This document shows positions 11,135 through 22,975 of a stretch of DNA of 34,579 nucleotides, piece by piece. A program made the translations under genes and the position numbers. Every line of letters begins with the position of its first letter. The stretch's first letter is position 1. The notes under the pieces were generated by a model, which was given only the letters and a program-made list of their open reading frames with translations, had not been told where the DNA came from and did not search any database. This DNA comes from Chiloscyllium plagiosum (taxonomy: Eukaryota), in assembly GCF_004010195.1 (NCBI RefSeq), contig NC_057719.1:90160075-90194653 (forward strand). The letters run 5' to 3'.

Positions 11135-11520
11135 TCTCTCCACCACCTACACTCAATAGCAGCGGTGTTTACTATCTATAAGATGCACTGCAAAAATTCA
11201 CCAAAGATCCACAGATACCACCTTCCAAACCCACAACTACTTCCATCTAGAAGGACCAGGGCAGCAGATACATGGGAACACCACCTCCTTCAAGTTCCCT
11301 TCTGAGCCACTCACTGTTCTGACTTGGAAATATACCTTCATTCTTCACTGTCGCTGGGTCAAAATCCTGAAATTCCCTCCCTTGTGGTATTGTGGGCCAA
11401 TGCACAGCAGGTGGTTGAAGAAGGCAACTCACCACCATCTTCTCAAGGGCAACTAGGGACAGGCAATAAATGCTGGCCAGCTAGCAAAGCCCACAGTCAG
11501 AAATGAACAAATTTTTAAAA
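11135..11520 (+). mobile_element. 3' end of a CR1/L2-superfamily LINE, partner of the 11793 SINE, inserted in a CR1 fragment (11095-11660)
   Basis: SLHH..AAVFTIYKMHC..SFTVAGSKS.NSLP..KKATHHHLLKGN*; tail ggcaataaatgctggcc..aaatgaa. Also found at 29875-30150 and 30790-31190. Confidence 0.7.
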
Positions 11521-11792
11521 AATGAAGTGGGAGAGGGTTCAGAACAGATTTACCAGCATGTTGCTGGGGCTTTAAGATCTGAGTAATAAGGAGGCTGGGA
11601 CATTTTCACTGGAGCATAGGAGGTTGAGGGGTGATCTTATAGAAGTTTATAAAAAATCACAGATTCACTAGCCTCTGAGAGAAGGAATTCCTCCTCCTCT
11701 CTGTGTGAAATGCATGACCTCTTAATGCCCTCTGGTCCTAGATGCTCCTCCTATGGGACTCTCTCCACATCTACCCTGTCAACTTCAGTGAA

Positions 11793-12180
11793 GGGGAGCC
11801 AATGGCTTAATGGTATTATCGCTGGACTGTTAATCCAGAGACCCAGGATAATGTTCTGGGGACCCGGGTTTGAATCCTGCTATGGCAGATGGTGGAATTT
11901 GAATTCAATAAAAAGGAAATGTGGGATTAAGAGTCTAATGACGACCATGTTTGTCTATCAATTGTTGGAAAAGCCCATCTGGTTCACTTTTTTTATTATT
12001 AGATTCCCTACAGTATGGAAGCAGGAGGAAACTGCCATCCTTACCTGGTCTGATCTACATGTGACTCCAGACCCGCAGCAATGCGGTTGACTCTTAACTG
12101 TCCTCTGGGCAATTAGGGATGGGGAATAAATGCTGTCTAGTCAGCGACGTCCTCATCCTGTGAATGAATAACAAAAATAA
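11793..12180 (+). mobile_element. tRNA-derived SINE sharing its 3' tail with the 11135 LINE, inserted in a minus-strand CR1 fragment (11660-12320)
   Basis: A box tggcttaatgg, B box ggtttgaatcc, core catctggttcact..gtgactccagaccc, tail ggcaattagggatggggaataaatgctg..gaatgaataa. Holds a short inverted HE1 tail at ~11995-12025. Confidence 0.75.
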
Positions 12181-12371
12181 ATGAGTTCAGGCCTAACCTC
12201 GTCAAAGACCATCCATGCAAACCTGGTATGAGCTTAGTGACCCTTGTCTGACCTGACCAGTAGATCTCTCCTTCCATAAGGTGCCCAGAGCTATTTACAG
12301 TTTTGCAGTGGTTTGGAACTGTCACTTTAGTTTACTGCCTAAAGTTTTCCCAACAACAAGCCTAGATGTCC

Positions 12372-12550
12372 CTAAGGGACATTAATGAGCCAGATGAGAT
12401 TTTCTGACAATCGACAATGGATTTATAGTCATATAGTCATATTTTTACTGATTAACATTCTAAATTCTGACGTGATGGAATTCAAACCCAGGTTCGCAGA
12501 ACACTACCTTGGCCTCTGGATTAATAGTCCCAGTGATTAAAACCACCAGG
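12372..12550 (-). mobile_element. 5' half of the same SINE family as 11793, inverted
   Basis: aagggacattaatgagccagatg..attcaaacccagg..ctctggattaatagtcc is the reverse complement of the 11820-11990 blocks. Confidence 0.65.
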
Positions 12551-12836
12551 CTGTCAGCTCTGACTTGCACAAACAATGGTGAGGTCATCAGTGCTGACTG
12601 TGTTGAGACTGTTAGGTCTGCCAGTCTGACATGATGATCTGATGGAAAACCAGAGTTGTATTTGAGTTTGTTGGCCGGGTCTCCTCAGGAGCTGCAGCTA
12701 CCACTTTATTATTGTTCCCCTGCAGCTTCAGAAATGCAGAGGTTTTTTTTTTAAATGCAGTGGTGGTCTGCCATTGAAGAGCTTCCTCTGGTACTGGACC
12801 TGGGGAGAACAAGCCTCAGTTCCTTGTTGTTCTACC

Positions 12837-12894
12837 AGTTGCTATATTCTAGTTGCTATATTCTAGTGCTATATTCTAGTTGCTATATTCTAGT
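12837..12894. repeat. Tandem repeat, about 4 x 13-14 bp (agttgctatattct)
   Basis: Directly visible in the sequence. Confidence 0.95.
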
Positions 12895-14929
12895 GAGCTC
12901 ATTCCCTAACACCGTGCTCTTCGGGTTCTGAGTGATGTACTCTTTTCAAATGTTCCCAGTATGTGGTGCTGGGATAGGATTTGGGAGGTGATTTCTGCCA
13001 CTAATTCCCCTCTTTCTATACCAGGTAGGATCTGTCTAATGATCAGTAGGTGTCAGACCACTGGCGAGTCTAAACTAAAGAGGCAGTTGCCTGATGTAAG
13101 AAGTCAGTTTATTTTGTGATGGGTCCAGTTTACGTTACTGGTCAGATATCATTACGAGTGACTTTCAGGAGCTGAATTGAGTTCATCTACTCATTTCAGG
13201 AGCCTGTATAGATCTCCACACACTCTCTTACTCAAAGACTATGAGACATTATCATATCGGCTGGAGCAAGTGTAACCTCAAACCTAATCTCCTTCAGAAC
13301 CATGAAGTGAGTTGGGGAAATCTGGAGGTGTATATGTCGGTAAGGTAACAGTAGAGCCTGAGCTCAGTTTGTAAGGGATGTCCTTGGGGGAAGGGGGGGT
13401 GCAGTCCGGTGGTTGGGGATAGCTAGCTCAGGTCTGGCAGGACCCTCCTGGGGTTTAGTCAGCTGGTAGTCAGGCTATCAGGGGAAATAGGTGGATATCA
13501 ATGTAATAGTTACCCAGGAGTCAGACTAGGATCTTTCTGTCTAACTTCCACATCCAGCTAAGTAAGCTGGAACTTTCCAAAGTCTCCAACTCTACTAGAG
13601 ACCAAGACTGTTCTTGAAAACAGCAGGGCAATTGTCTGTCTAGGATTCAAACTTCCAAGACAATTCCAACAGAGTCGATGCATTGAGAGTGTGTGTAGCA
13701 TTCCAACATACACCTTGTGTTTCTGTTCTCCAATGATCTGGAGTCTGGCAGATCTGAGCTGTATATTTAACTCCAAAATAGAATGGGGTTGGAGGTCTAA
13801 ACAATAGCTAGTTAGCATTTCTACCTGGATTCAAGACCCACATGATTGCCATTACCATGGAGATGAGCTTTGAGAGTGGATAGCAAGTATTGGATAACAG
13901 GGATATAAGATATCAGTGAACCTCACAAACACAAGACAGTCTGCAAGAATATCGGAGAGGGAGCTCAAGAAAATCGAGGCAATCTGCAGAGACCCTATTG
14001 ACCACACATTTAATAAGATGAAGAGCTTCTGTTCAAGTTGAAGAGGCAGTCAGTGTTCATGAAGATCTAAAGGAGGTTGAAAGATTCACATAGCTTAGGC
14101 TAGGGTCAAAGAATTGTCACTGTAACCTCCACAGTGAAAGCCAATTCTGAGATTCAACATCACCAGGCTTGCAAAGGGAAAGGGAAGCAGATGATTGGGT
14201 GCACAGAACAGCTTTGGACTGATTCGGGGAGAACAAAGTGACCAATTAAGAAACAGTGCATATTATTACAAATAATGGAATTTTGGTCATCTTGGAAGTC
14301 AAACGGGGGAAAAGCTTTCTGCAGTTGAGAACATAAATTGCCTTCAAAAAAAAAATGTTGCTGGAAAAGAGATTTGTTGTTGAACTTGCAGATGCAAGAC
14401 TGTCAAATTTCAAAGGGAACAACAATTTATACCATAAAGGGTGCTCAATGGTTGGTAAGCTGAGCCTGATTGGTTGAAGTGTTACTATGTAGCATTATTC
14501 CTTGGTACGATCCCCATGGCTGTACCATAATCAATCATGACTTAAACTTGAAACTCTGCTGTGTGATTTTGTTTTAATTTGAATATCATTTAAAAAAAAT
14601 GTTTCAGTGTTGCGGGAAATGTAACATGACCTTGAAAAATATTCACTGCCTGCAGAGAGCTTTGGGGGAGTCCCACTGATATTTAGAAACACAAGCTCTT
14701 TCTTTGTGTATGAATTAGTGTCCACATTAAGATCGAGAACATAGGAATGTTGCAGGTTTGTGCTAAATATCTCTCCAATAGTATCACACCACGAGTAATA
14801 CACGACTGGACCCCAATCAATTGGTCACACTCTCAATATCTGAGTTAGTTCTTACCATTTTATCTGTCTGCCTGTTTTAGATGGTGCCAGGCTATACAAA
14901 ACTAAAGGAAAAATGAGATTGTTTGGTGA

Positions 14930-15770
14930 CTGTGTGCAGTATTGATGAATAGATGTAAATGTGTGGGAAGCAGTTCGGAGAAGGTTTAACAGACTGATGC
15001 CTGGAATGGGCACGGAGTTTAATGAGGAATGGTTGGACAAGCTGGGATTATAACTGATGAATTGTAAGAAACAACTTGAGTGATCCTAAGGGCTTTTAAG
15101 GAGTAGATTTGGAGGCAATATTTCTCTTTGTGGGCCAATCCAAAATGACGGATCGCTGTTTCAAGTTCAGGGGTCACCTATTTAAAACAGAAATGAGGTG
15201 GATTTTTTTTCTCTGATGGTTGTGAACCTTTGGAACACATTTCGTGAAAAGGTGGTGGCAGCAGAGTTCTTGAATGTTTTTAAGGCAGGGGTAAATAGAT
15301 TCATAGAATCCCTACAGTGTGGAAACAGGCCCTTTGGCCCCACATTGACCCTCTGAAGAGTATCCCACCCAGACCCATTCCTCTACATTTACCCCTGACT
15401 AATGCACCGAACTGACACATCCCTGAACACTACGGGCAATTTAGCATGGCCAATGCACCTAACCTGCACATCTTTGGATTGTGGGAGGAAACCGGAGCAA
15501 CTGGAGGAAACCCACACAGACACGGGGGAGAATGTGCAAACTCCACACAGACAGTCACCCGAGGCTGGAATCCAACCCAGGTCCCTGGCGCTCTGAGGCA
15601 GCAGTGCTAACCACTGAGCCACTGTGCCACCTGGTTCAGCAAGAGGATGAAAGGTTATCTGGATAGGTGGGAATGTGGATACAGGGTTACAATCAGCCAA
15701 GACCTTATTGAATGGGAGGGCAGGGTTCAAGGAGCTGAATGGCTGACTTCCTGCTCCATTGTTTTATGTT
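14930..15770 (+). mobile_element. CR1 3' end interrupted by an HE1 SINE
   Basis: EAVRRRFNRLMPG; FFSLMVVNLWN; the element resumes after 15632 and ends tgaatggctgacttcctgctcc. Confidence 0.75.
15302..15631 (-). mobile_element. HE1-type V-SINE, full length
   Basis: Reverse complement ggtggcacagtggctcagtggttagcactgctgcctcag..V-domain..cctgtttccacactgtagggattctatg. Confidence 0.92.
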
Positions 15771-15899
15771 TCTGCAACTCCAGGTTTCCAGTAAGTATTG
15801 TATCTCCCCAGGCATGCATTTGTACTCTGGGGTTTTCAAGATATTGGAACTAGATCAATTAAAAAAGTTGATTCTAATTTAGTTCTCTAGATAAAAATC

Positions 15900-16130
15900 A
15901 AGGAATGGTTGCATTACAGAAGAAGGGCATTCAGACTGTTGAGACTGTACATGCTGTGTAAGGGGAATCCAAGTTGCTCCACTGCCTCCACCTTTCCCCA
16001 TAGCCCTGCTTTGTTCTTTTCCCTTTAGATACCTAGCCCATTTCCTTTGGAAAGCCACGCTCAAACCTGGATCCATCGCACTCTTGGGGAGTGCATTCCC
16101 AAACTGAACCACTCATTCGGTCAAGAAACA
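15900..16130 (-). mobile_element. Old CR1 3'-end fragment
   Basis: ORF 15879..16112(-): VQFGNALPK..AFQRKWARYLK, degenerate WN.LP / FK..LD.YL motifs. Confidence 0.55.
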
Positions 16131-16984
16131 TTTCTGCTATGAGCTTGTAATGGAATGTCTGGACCATTACATCTGGAGAAAGTTATCCTGTGATTTAAAT
16201 TATAAAGTCAGGGATGGAATGAATGTCACCTGTTTCTGCATCCTGAATAAAATTAATACTTGTTTTACAATTCATACTCTCACAGTTCCTGTCCTGAGGT
16301 GCTCACAGAATGACTTCAGAACTGCGCTCTCTGGTGACCTTTTGCCATCTTGGAGCTCATTACCTTCCAGCTTGCTTGATGTCCCAAATGCCATTTTGGG
16401 GACCCCTGGGCTCTAGCTTTCTTCTTGATATGTGAGCTACCTTTTCCATCTATCTGTACCGTCAGGAACATTGTGAGAACGTACCTTTTTCTGAAGTGGG
16501 AATGTAACTCAGCTGTTACAGGCTCTCTTACAGTAAATGGAGAAGAGTTTATTGGAGCTCCACAGAGTTAGGTGATAGTCACTGTTGAGATAAGAAACAA
16601 TGTTCTTGGCTGGAACATTGTGTGCAATTCTAGAATCCACATTATCGTAGGGATGTGATAGCACTGAAAAGAGTGCAGAGGAGATTTATCTGGACATTGC
16701 CTGAGCTGGAGAGTTTTAGTTAGGAAAAGAGATTGGACAGACTATGGTTGTCTTTCTTAGAACAGAAGCGATTAAGAGGAGGTATGATTGAGATGTATAA
16801 GGTTGTGAGGGACATTGATAGGACAGGCAGGAAGAAACCTTTCCCCTTGATGGAGGGATCAGTGACCAGGGGACATTGATTTAAGGAAGGGGAAGAAGAT
16901 TTAGAGAACATGTGAGGAGAATGTTTTTCAGCCGGGGGTGAAGGGAATCTTGAACTCACTGCCTGTAAGGGTGTTCGAGAAAGA

Positions 16985-17083
16985 AGCTGAAAATGTGTTG
17001 CTGGAAAAGCGCAGCAGGTCAGGCAGCGTCCAAGGAACAGGAGAATCGACGTTTCGGGCATAAACCCTTCTTCAGAAAGGGCT
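16985..17083 (-). mobile_element. PLE terminal fragment, family A, intact hammerhead core on the - strand
   Basis: Reverse complement of 17048-17075 is ctgaagaAGGGTttatGCCCgaaacgtc. TSD gttcgagaaagaa / gttagaggaagaa at 16973-16985 / 17084-17096. Confidence 0.82.
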
Positions 17084-17153
17084 GTTAGAGGAAGAAATGA
17101 TCATGACATTAAAGAAATCTTCAGCTGTTCACTTGCGATGCTAAAGCATACAA

Positions 17154-17382
17154 GGAGAATGTGAGGTCTGCAGATGCTGGAGATCAGAGCTGAAAATGTG
17201 TTGCTGGAACAGCGCAGCAGGTCAGGCAGCATCCAGGGAACAGGAGAATCGACGTTTCAGGCATAAGCCCTTCTTCAGGAAGCCCTTCTTTCCTGAAGAA
17301 GGGCCTATGCCCGAAACGTTGATTTTCCTGTTCTCTGGATGCTGCCTGACCTGCTGCGCTGTTCCAGCAACACATTTTCGGC
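17154..17382. mobile_element. Inverted pair of family A PLE fragments (~93-bp arms), one hammerhead core on each strand
   Basis: Arms 17189-17281 and 17290-17382; cores at 17251-17278(-) and 17293-17320(+); aaagcatacaagg duplicated at 17143-17155 / 17383-17395. Confidence 0.88.
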
Positions 17383-18059
17383 AAAGCATACAAGGGTTTG
17401 GCCCAAGTGCTGGAAAATGGGATTAGAATAGTTAGGTGGTTGTTTCTGGCACAGACATGATGAGCAGAAGGTCCTTTTCTGAGTGATGAGCCAAGAATTG
17501 CCTGCACTGTGGTGATCAAAGGTGTCAGCTCAAAGCAGATTCTCTCAGCTACTCTCTGTGAGACCTAGTATTACATTCCAAAGATGTTTCTCCTTAATTT
17601 ATGAGTGATTATCTTATATTGGTGATCCCTGCCTCTGGGGACACACGTACGCACGCACAAGCATGTACCTCCTTCAATGTTAAAGACACTCTTACTTGGG
17701 TAAGCTGATGGTTCTGCTTTCAAACATGTGACTTTTCCGTCATAAATTGATACTGGCTCTGCCCAATCATATCGTGATTTTTCTAAGTCTCCCTCCAAAC
17801 AGATCCTAGTGTTTTTCCATCCTGTTGATGTTTCTATGACTAGTTAGGCTGACGCAGACTGTGGTTCCCTGAGCTTTCTCTCCCTCCCTCATCTTCAGGA
17901 GGAGGAGGTTACATTTGCTCATTTCTAATCCTCTGGGCTGGTTTGTGTTTGTAAGGAATTTTGGAGGATTCAAACTGATATATCCTCTTTCTCCTTCCAT
18001 TCCTCTTTTAGACTCCAGGGTGTCAGCCATCAGGTTTTGAGGAGTGATCTCCATTTAAG

Positions 18060-20520
18060 CCATAAGACCATAAGATATAGGAGCAGAATTAAACATTTGG
18101 CCCATCAAGTTTGCTCCACCAATCAATTATGGCTGATGTGCTTCTCCAACCCATTCTTCTGCCTTCTCCCCATTACCCTTGATCCTTCACTCATCAAGAA
18201 CCTATTAAATACACTCTTCAATACACTCAATGCATTGGCCTCCACCGCCTTCTGCAGCAATGGGCTCCACAGACTCATCATGCTCTGGCTGAAGGAAGAC
18301 CCCTTCATCTCAGTTCGAAAGGGTCATCGCTTCACACTGAAGCTGTGCCCAGTGTCCTAATCTCTCCTAAGCATCTTCTCCACCTCCACTCTATCCAGGC
18401 CTGTCAGTATTCTGTAAGTTTCAATCACATACCCTCTCATCCTATACATCTCTATGACTCTAAGTACAGACCCAGAGTCTTCAAATGCTCCTCATACGAC
18501 AAGCCCTTCATCCCCAGATCATTCTTGTAAATCTCCTCTGGGCCCACTGCTTCTTCAGAACTCTGAGGTTTAGTCCATTCAGTCTGTGTGATTTATCCAC
18601 CTTCAGACCTTTCAGCTTCCCCAGCACCTTTACCTTAGTGCACTCACCTCTGCCCCCGACGCTGTTGAAGTTATGGTATGGTGCTGGTATCTTCCACCGT
18701 GAAGGCTGATGCAAGTTACCTATTCAGATCCTCCACCCTTTCTTTGTTCCCCACTACTACGTCTCATTTTCCAGTGAACCAACGTACTCTGCCCCTCTCT
18801 CTTACTTCTCACTAACCTTCACCACATTGTATTTCTTTTGTTTTTATGCTGCTGCCTCATCATATTCTTAGTATGTATAATTAGATTAGATTCCTTACAG
18901 TGTGGAAACAGACCCTGCAGCCCAATAAGTCCACACCGACCCTCCGAAGAGTAACCCATCTTGACTCATTTCCCTATGTTTACCCTTGACTAATGCACCT
19001 AACACTACGGGCAATTTAGCCTGACCTGCACATCTTTGGATTGTGGGAGGAAACCAGGGCACCCGGAGGAAAGCCACACAGTCAAGAGGAGAATGCGCAA
19101 ACTCCACATAGACAATCACCCGAGGCTGGAATCGAACCTGGGTCCCTGGTGCTGTGAGGCAGCAGTGCTAACCACTGGGCCCCCATGCCGCCCCTTCTTC
19201 TTTCTTGGGATGAATTTCTTTGGTACCTCCCAAATTATCCCTAGTAATTCCTGCCATTGCTGCTCCACCATCTCCTCTGCTAGGATCTCCTTTCCAATCA
19301 ACTCTGACCAGCTCCTCCCTCACGTCTTTGTCGTTACCTTTACTCAATTTTAGTACCGTTACGTCTGATCACTGTTTCTCCCTCTTAAACTGCGGGGTGA
19401 ATTCTGTTATATTATGGTCACTATCCCCCCCACAACATTCCTTCACCTGAAGGTCCCTAATCAAGTCTGCCTCATCAGACATCACCAAATCCAGAATTAC
19501 CTGTTGCCTGGTGGGCTCGGCCACAAGCTGCTCCAAAAATACCATCTTATAGACATTCCACAAATACCTTTTCTTGGGATCCTCTACCAACCAATTTTCC
19601 CAGTTCATATGCATATTGAAGTCCCACCTAATTATTTCTTACACGTCTTCCAGCTCCTGCTTTATTTTCTTCTCCACATTTTGACTGCTGTTATTAGGCC
19701 TGTATACAACTCCCATCAGGGTGTTTTTCCCTTTATGAATTCTCAAACTTACCTGTTCAGATTTGACACTTTCTGACACTGTATCACTTCTTGCTATTGA
19801 TTTACTAACAAGGCAACCCCCCCACCTCTGCCCACCTGCCTGTCCTTTTGATAGGATGTGTATCCTTGGATATTTAGTTCCCAGTCCAGATGTCTCTACA
19901 GCCACCTCTGTGACACTCATAACATTGAACCTGCCAATTTCAATCTGTGCTTCAAGCTCATATACATTTGTTTCGTATATTGCGTGCATTAAGGACAGCA
20001 CCTTCAGTCCTGTGTTGACTGCCCTCCTTCTCATTGTTGTCCCCTTGTCTGTTGTGCCTGACATTAGATTCCTTACCCTTTCCATACTCTATGTCCAATT
20101 ACTTGTTCTGGAAACTTTAATAACCTTTTCTGACCCCTCCCTACTTTCACCTCGTTTGAAATCCTTGTGACCACCCTATTTAGCGTTTCTGCCCAGATCC
20201 TGGTCCCAATTCTGTTCAGATGGAACCCGTCCCAACAGTACAATTCTGGCCTGTCCCAATAATGATGCACATGGCTCAGCTAGTAACCCAGAGATTTCAA
20301 CCTTTGAGGTTCCTGTTTTTTAATGTTGTTCCTAATTCCTGATAATCCCCAAACAGGACTTCTTGCCTATGTTATTGGTCCCAAAATGGACCACAACAAT
20401 TGGATCCTTCCCTGCCCTCTCCAGTATCTTAAACTGGTGCAAGATGTCCCTTAGCTTGGCACCAGGCAGGTCATACACCATGTGGGACATGCGATTCTTT
20501 CCACATGATGGGCTATCTGT
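18060..20520 (-). mobile_element. Internally deleted CR1 LINE: ORF1 SGNH-esterase remnant, endonuclease, RT start and 3' tail; interrupted by an HE1 SINE
   Basis: LPGAKLRDI..PIVVVHFGTNNIGK and WDGFHLNR.GT (esterase); LMGVVYRP, FLEQLVAEPTR..ILDLV..SDHN (endonuclease); tail cataagaccataagatatag at 18061. Confidence 0.85.
18881..19193 (-). mobile_element. HE1-type V-SINE, full length
   Basis: Same head, V-domain and tail as 1373-1687, with an (attag)n end. Confidence 0.9.
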
Positions 20521-20715
20521 ACCCATAATTCTTCCAGTTGCTTTCTCCAGTATTATTTCTTTGTGAGTATTAAGTTTTTGTTTTTTGTTTAATTGTGAGG
20601 ACAGATACATTGGGTGGAATCTTATAAGGGATTGTTGCTTGTTAAACACCTTACTAATGACTCATCTCATTAATATTCAGCTCCCAACCTTGCCAAACAC
20701 AACTGAACAAGGTCA

Positions 20716-20911
20716 AATTTAAAAATCACACAACATCAGGTTATAGTCCAACAGGTTTAATTGGAAGCACACTAGCTTTCGGAGCATCGCTCCTTCATTA
20801 GATGGATGCTCCGAAAGCTAGCGTGCTTCCAATTAAACCTGTTGGACTATAACCTGGTGTTGTGTGATTTTTAACTTTGTAACCCAGTCCAACACCGGCA
20901 TCTCCAAATCA
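20716..20911. mobile_element. Fold-back PLE fragment, family B (73-bp arms), hammerhead-like core on the - strand
   Basis: Arms 20716-20788 / 20805-20877. The - strand reads ctaatgaAGGAGCgatGCTCCgaaagcta (one core substitution). TSD tgaacaag(g/c)tca at 20704-20715 / 20912-20923. Confidence 0.8.
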
Positions 20912-21779
20912 TGAACAAGCTCATGGTTGAGTATTCTCAACCTGGAAACCAGAGCCAGGTATCTGGTGAATTCAGCTCATGTTGGACACTGGGAACCAAT
21001 ATCTGCCGGTTCACCAGCCACTTGGATCCCATATCCATAATCATTAACATTTGGCATGTGCCAGCCTCGAAGAACCCTCCATGATACATCTCCAGTCCAC
21101 TTCCAGGGACACTTCAGCAAGGGCATTGTGAGCTCAGGGACATGTCTGCAACTCATGGACTCGACTAGACTATATCTCCCAGGCTCTTTGCTCACTGCCA
21201 CAGTACACACTCACTCTGAGTGTGTCTACATGCTGACTGCCTTGCATTGCCTTGTTGCACTTTGACCCCTAGGCCAGCTATATCAGGCTTATGCTACTTC
21301 TGTCTTGCCTTGCAGTTTAGTGCAGACACAAAGGAAGAAAACCGGTCAGCAGGCCTCAGACAAGCCGGGGACTTAACCTTTGGTCAGGGCATCTGGTACA
21401 GTAAGTCATGGGCAGCCTCCCGTACCAGTGCAGAGACGAAGGGGCTGAGGAGCTGAATGTTGGGCAGCATACCACCTGCCTTGACCCTTCTTGCCCTGTT
21501 GGGGACTGGAGTGAAAGAGAGTCAGGGATTGAGGGAGATGGAAGTGGGGGACACAGCGATTCCAGTTGGTGCACTCGGGGAGGTGTCCTAAGTGAATGGG
21601 CAGCACACAGGGCAGGCAGGGTTAGTGCTGCCCAGGGTCAGGGACAGTAAGTGAGGAAGATATTGCTGGCAGTAGTGGGAGGGTAGAACATGAGTGTTGT
21701 TGGGAGGTGGATGCAGTCACAGAGAGAGAGAAAGTGAGAGAGAGAGAGTGTGAGCGATGGTGAGGTATCAGAGAGAAGA

Positions 21780-21990
21780 TGGTGGCACTGACCCTGGCAG
21801 AGTGGAGAAGCTCATTGACATTATGGGGCATGCCTCCAGGCGGCAGAGCCGGGTAGCTCCTTCGGAACTGGTGGACATGGCCTTGTGTCACGGCCTCTCC
21901 TGCTGGTCCAGGTGGAAAAGGGGGTCTCCCGTCTGCCCCACTCCATCCAGCAGGAACGGTGCAGAGGCAGCTCCAGGCTAATCAAGACTG
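21780..21990 (-). mobile_element. Degenerate Myb/SANT-like ORF, probably PIF/Harbinger-derived; the element may span ~20950-22150
   Basis: - strand peptides LLDGVGQ..LF and VNELLHSARVS resemble the Harbinger Myb/SANT protein; frameshifted. Confidence 0.45.
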
Positions 21991-22189
21991 TTTGGGTGCA
22001 CAGCGAGTTGAAAATGAGCATGAGAAATGTTACAGGGGCAGAGTTGGTCAGTATTTATTTGATAAGGAATAGTGAAAAATCTCATCAGGCCTCATGGGAA
22101 ATCTCTCTAGAAAAATTAAGATCACGTCATTTAGCAAAAGAAATCCTAGAAACTTCATCCCACAATGTCTCTGCCATTTCCTGATTCCC

Positions 22190-22975
22190 TATTATAACCT
22201 CTCTTGTTCATTATTCTCCCATTAATACTTACCCTGTCTCTTCACCACAGCAATTACCAGGCCCTTTACATTTTCCTGTTGACTTCCACCTTGCCTCAGT
22301 TTTAAAATTCCCATCTTGGTTTCTGAAACCCTCACATGTGAGCTCTTATCTCATTCATTCGCTTACCTGCCCCAGACCCTCTGTGTTGTCCACGTTCTGT
22401 ATCCCCTTATTTGCAAGTATGAAGTTTTCCAGCTCTCTTCAGTTCTGAAGAAGAGTCAGACTCTACTCAGGGACAGGAGTAGGCCATTCGGCCCCTTGAA
22501 CCTACTCTGACATTCTGTAATATCTGTCGGGCCCATATTCCTTGACACCCTTGCTTCATAAAAAGATTCAAATCTATCTCAGATTTAAATTTAAGAATTG
22601 AATTGGCATCCCCCGCCACTTGAAGAAGAGAGTTTTAAAGCTCCTACTCTTTGTGTGGAGGAGTGTTTTCTAACATCTCTCCTGAATGGCCTGGATCTAA
22701 TTGTTAGACTCTGCCCCGGTTCTAGAGTCTTCGACCAGTGGAAATAGTTTATCTACCCTGTCTTTCCCTAATAATATCCTGAAGACCTTGATCAGATCAC
22801 CCCTTAACCTTCTGGGTGCGAGAGAATAAAGGCCTAATTTCTCTGATCTATCCTTATAACTTAACCCCTGAAGTAAACTTGTGTTAAAACATTAAAGACT
22901 GAAAGATCAAAATGTTAATTGTTTCTGTCTGAGATCTGCTGAGTTTCTCCAGCATTTGCAGCATTTTGCATTTAT
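22190..22975 (+). mobile_element. PLE family C terminal region split at its hammerhead by a minus-strand CR1 3' end (~22465-22870)
   Basis: ttcagttCTGAAGAagagtcagact at ~22438-22462; it resumes as aaaatgttaattgtttct..gatctgctgagtttctccagcatttgcag at ~22908-22962. The CR1 tail acaggagtaggccattcggcccc lies between. Confidence 0.55.

Larger units (their letters stand above)
16600..17490 (+). mobile_element. CR1 3' end carrying two PLE insertions
   Basis: IALKRVQRRFI..FFLEQKRLRGGMIEMYKVVRDIDR; tail ggaaaatgggattagaatagttag. Confidence 0.82.

Noticed and set aside
13430..14100. Possible Gypsy or DIRS remnant (GYKIS..KIEAI; 86-aa - strand ORF)
   Set aside because: Motif spacing is wrong and no other RT or RNase H motifs are visible.
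14355..14490. Possible further PLE-type terminal repeat
   Set aside because: Too degenerate; no hammerhead core is readable.
17184..17519. Near-identical ORFs on both strands (MCCWNSAAGQAASRE..)
   Set aside because: Artefact of the inverted PLE pair.
17875..17956. Strong polypyrimidine acceptor followed by gtaagg
   Set aside because: No ATG or recognisable papilin peptide and a weak donor context; unsupported without RNA data.
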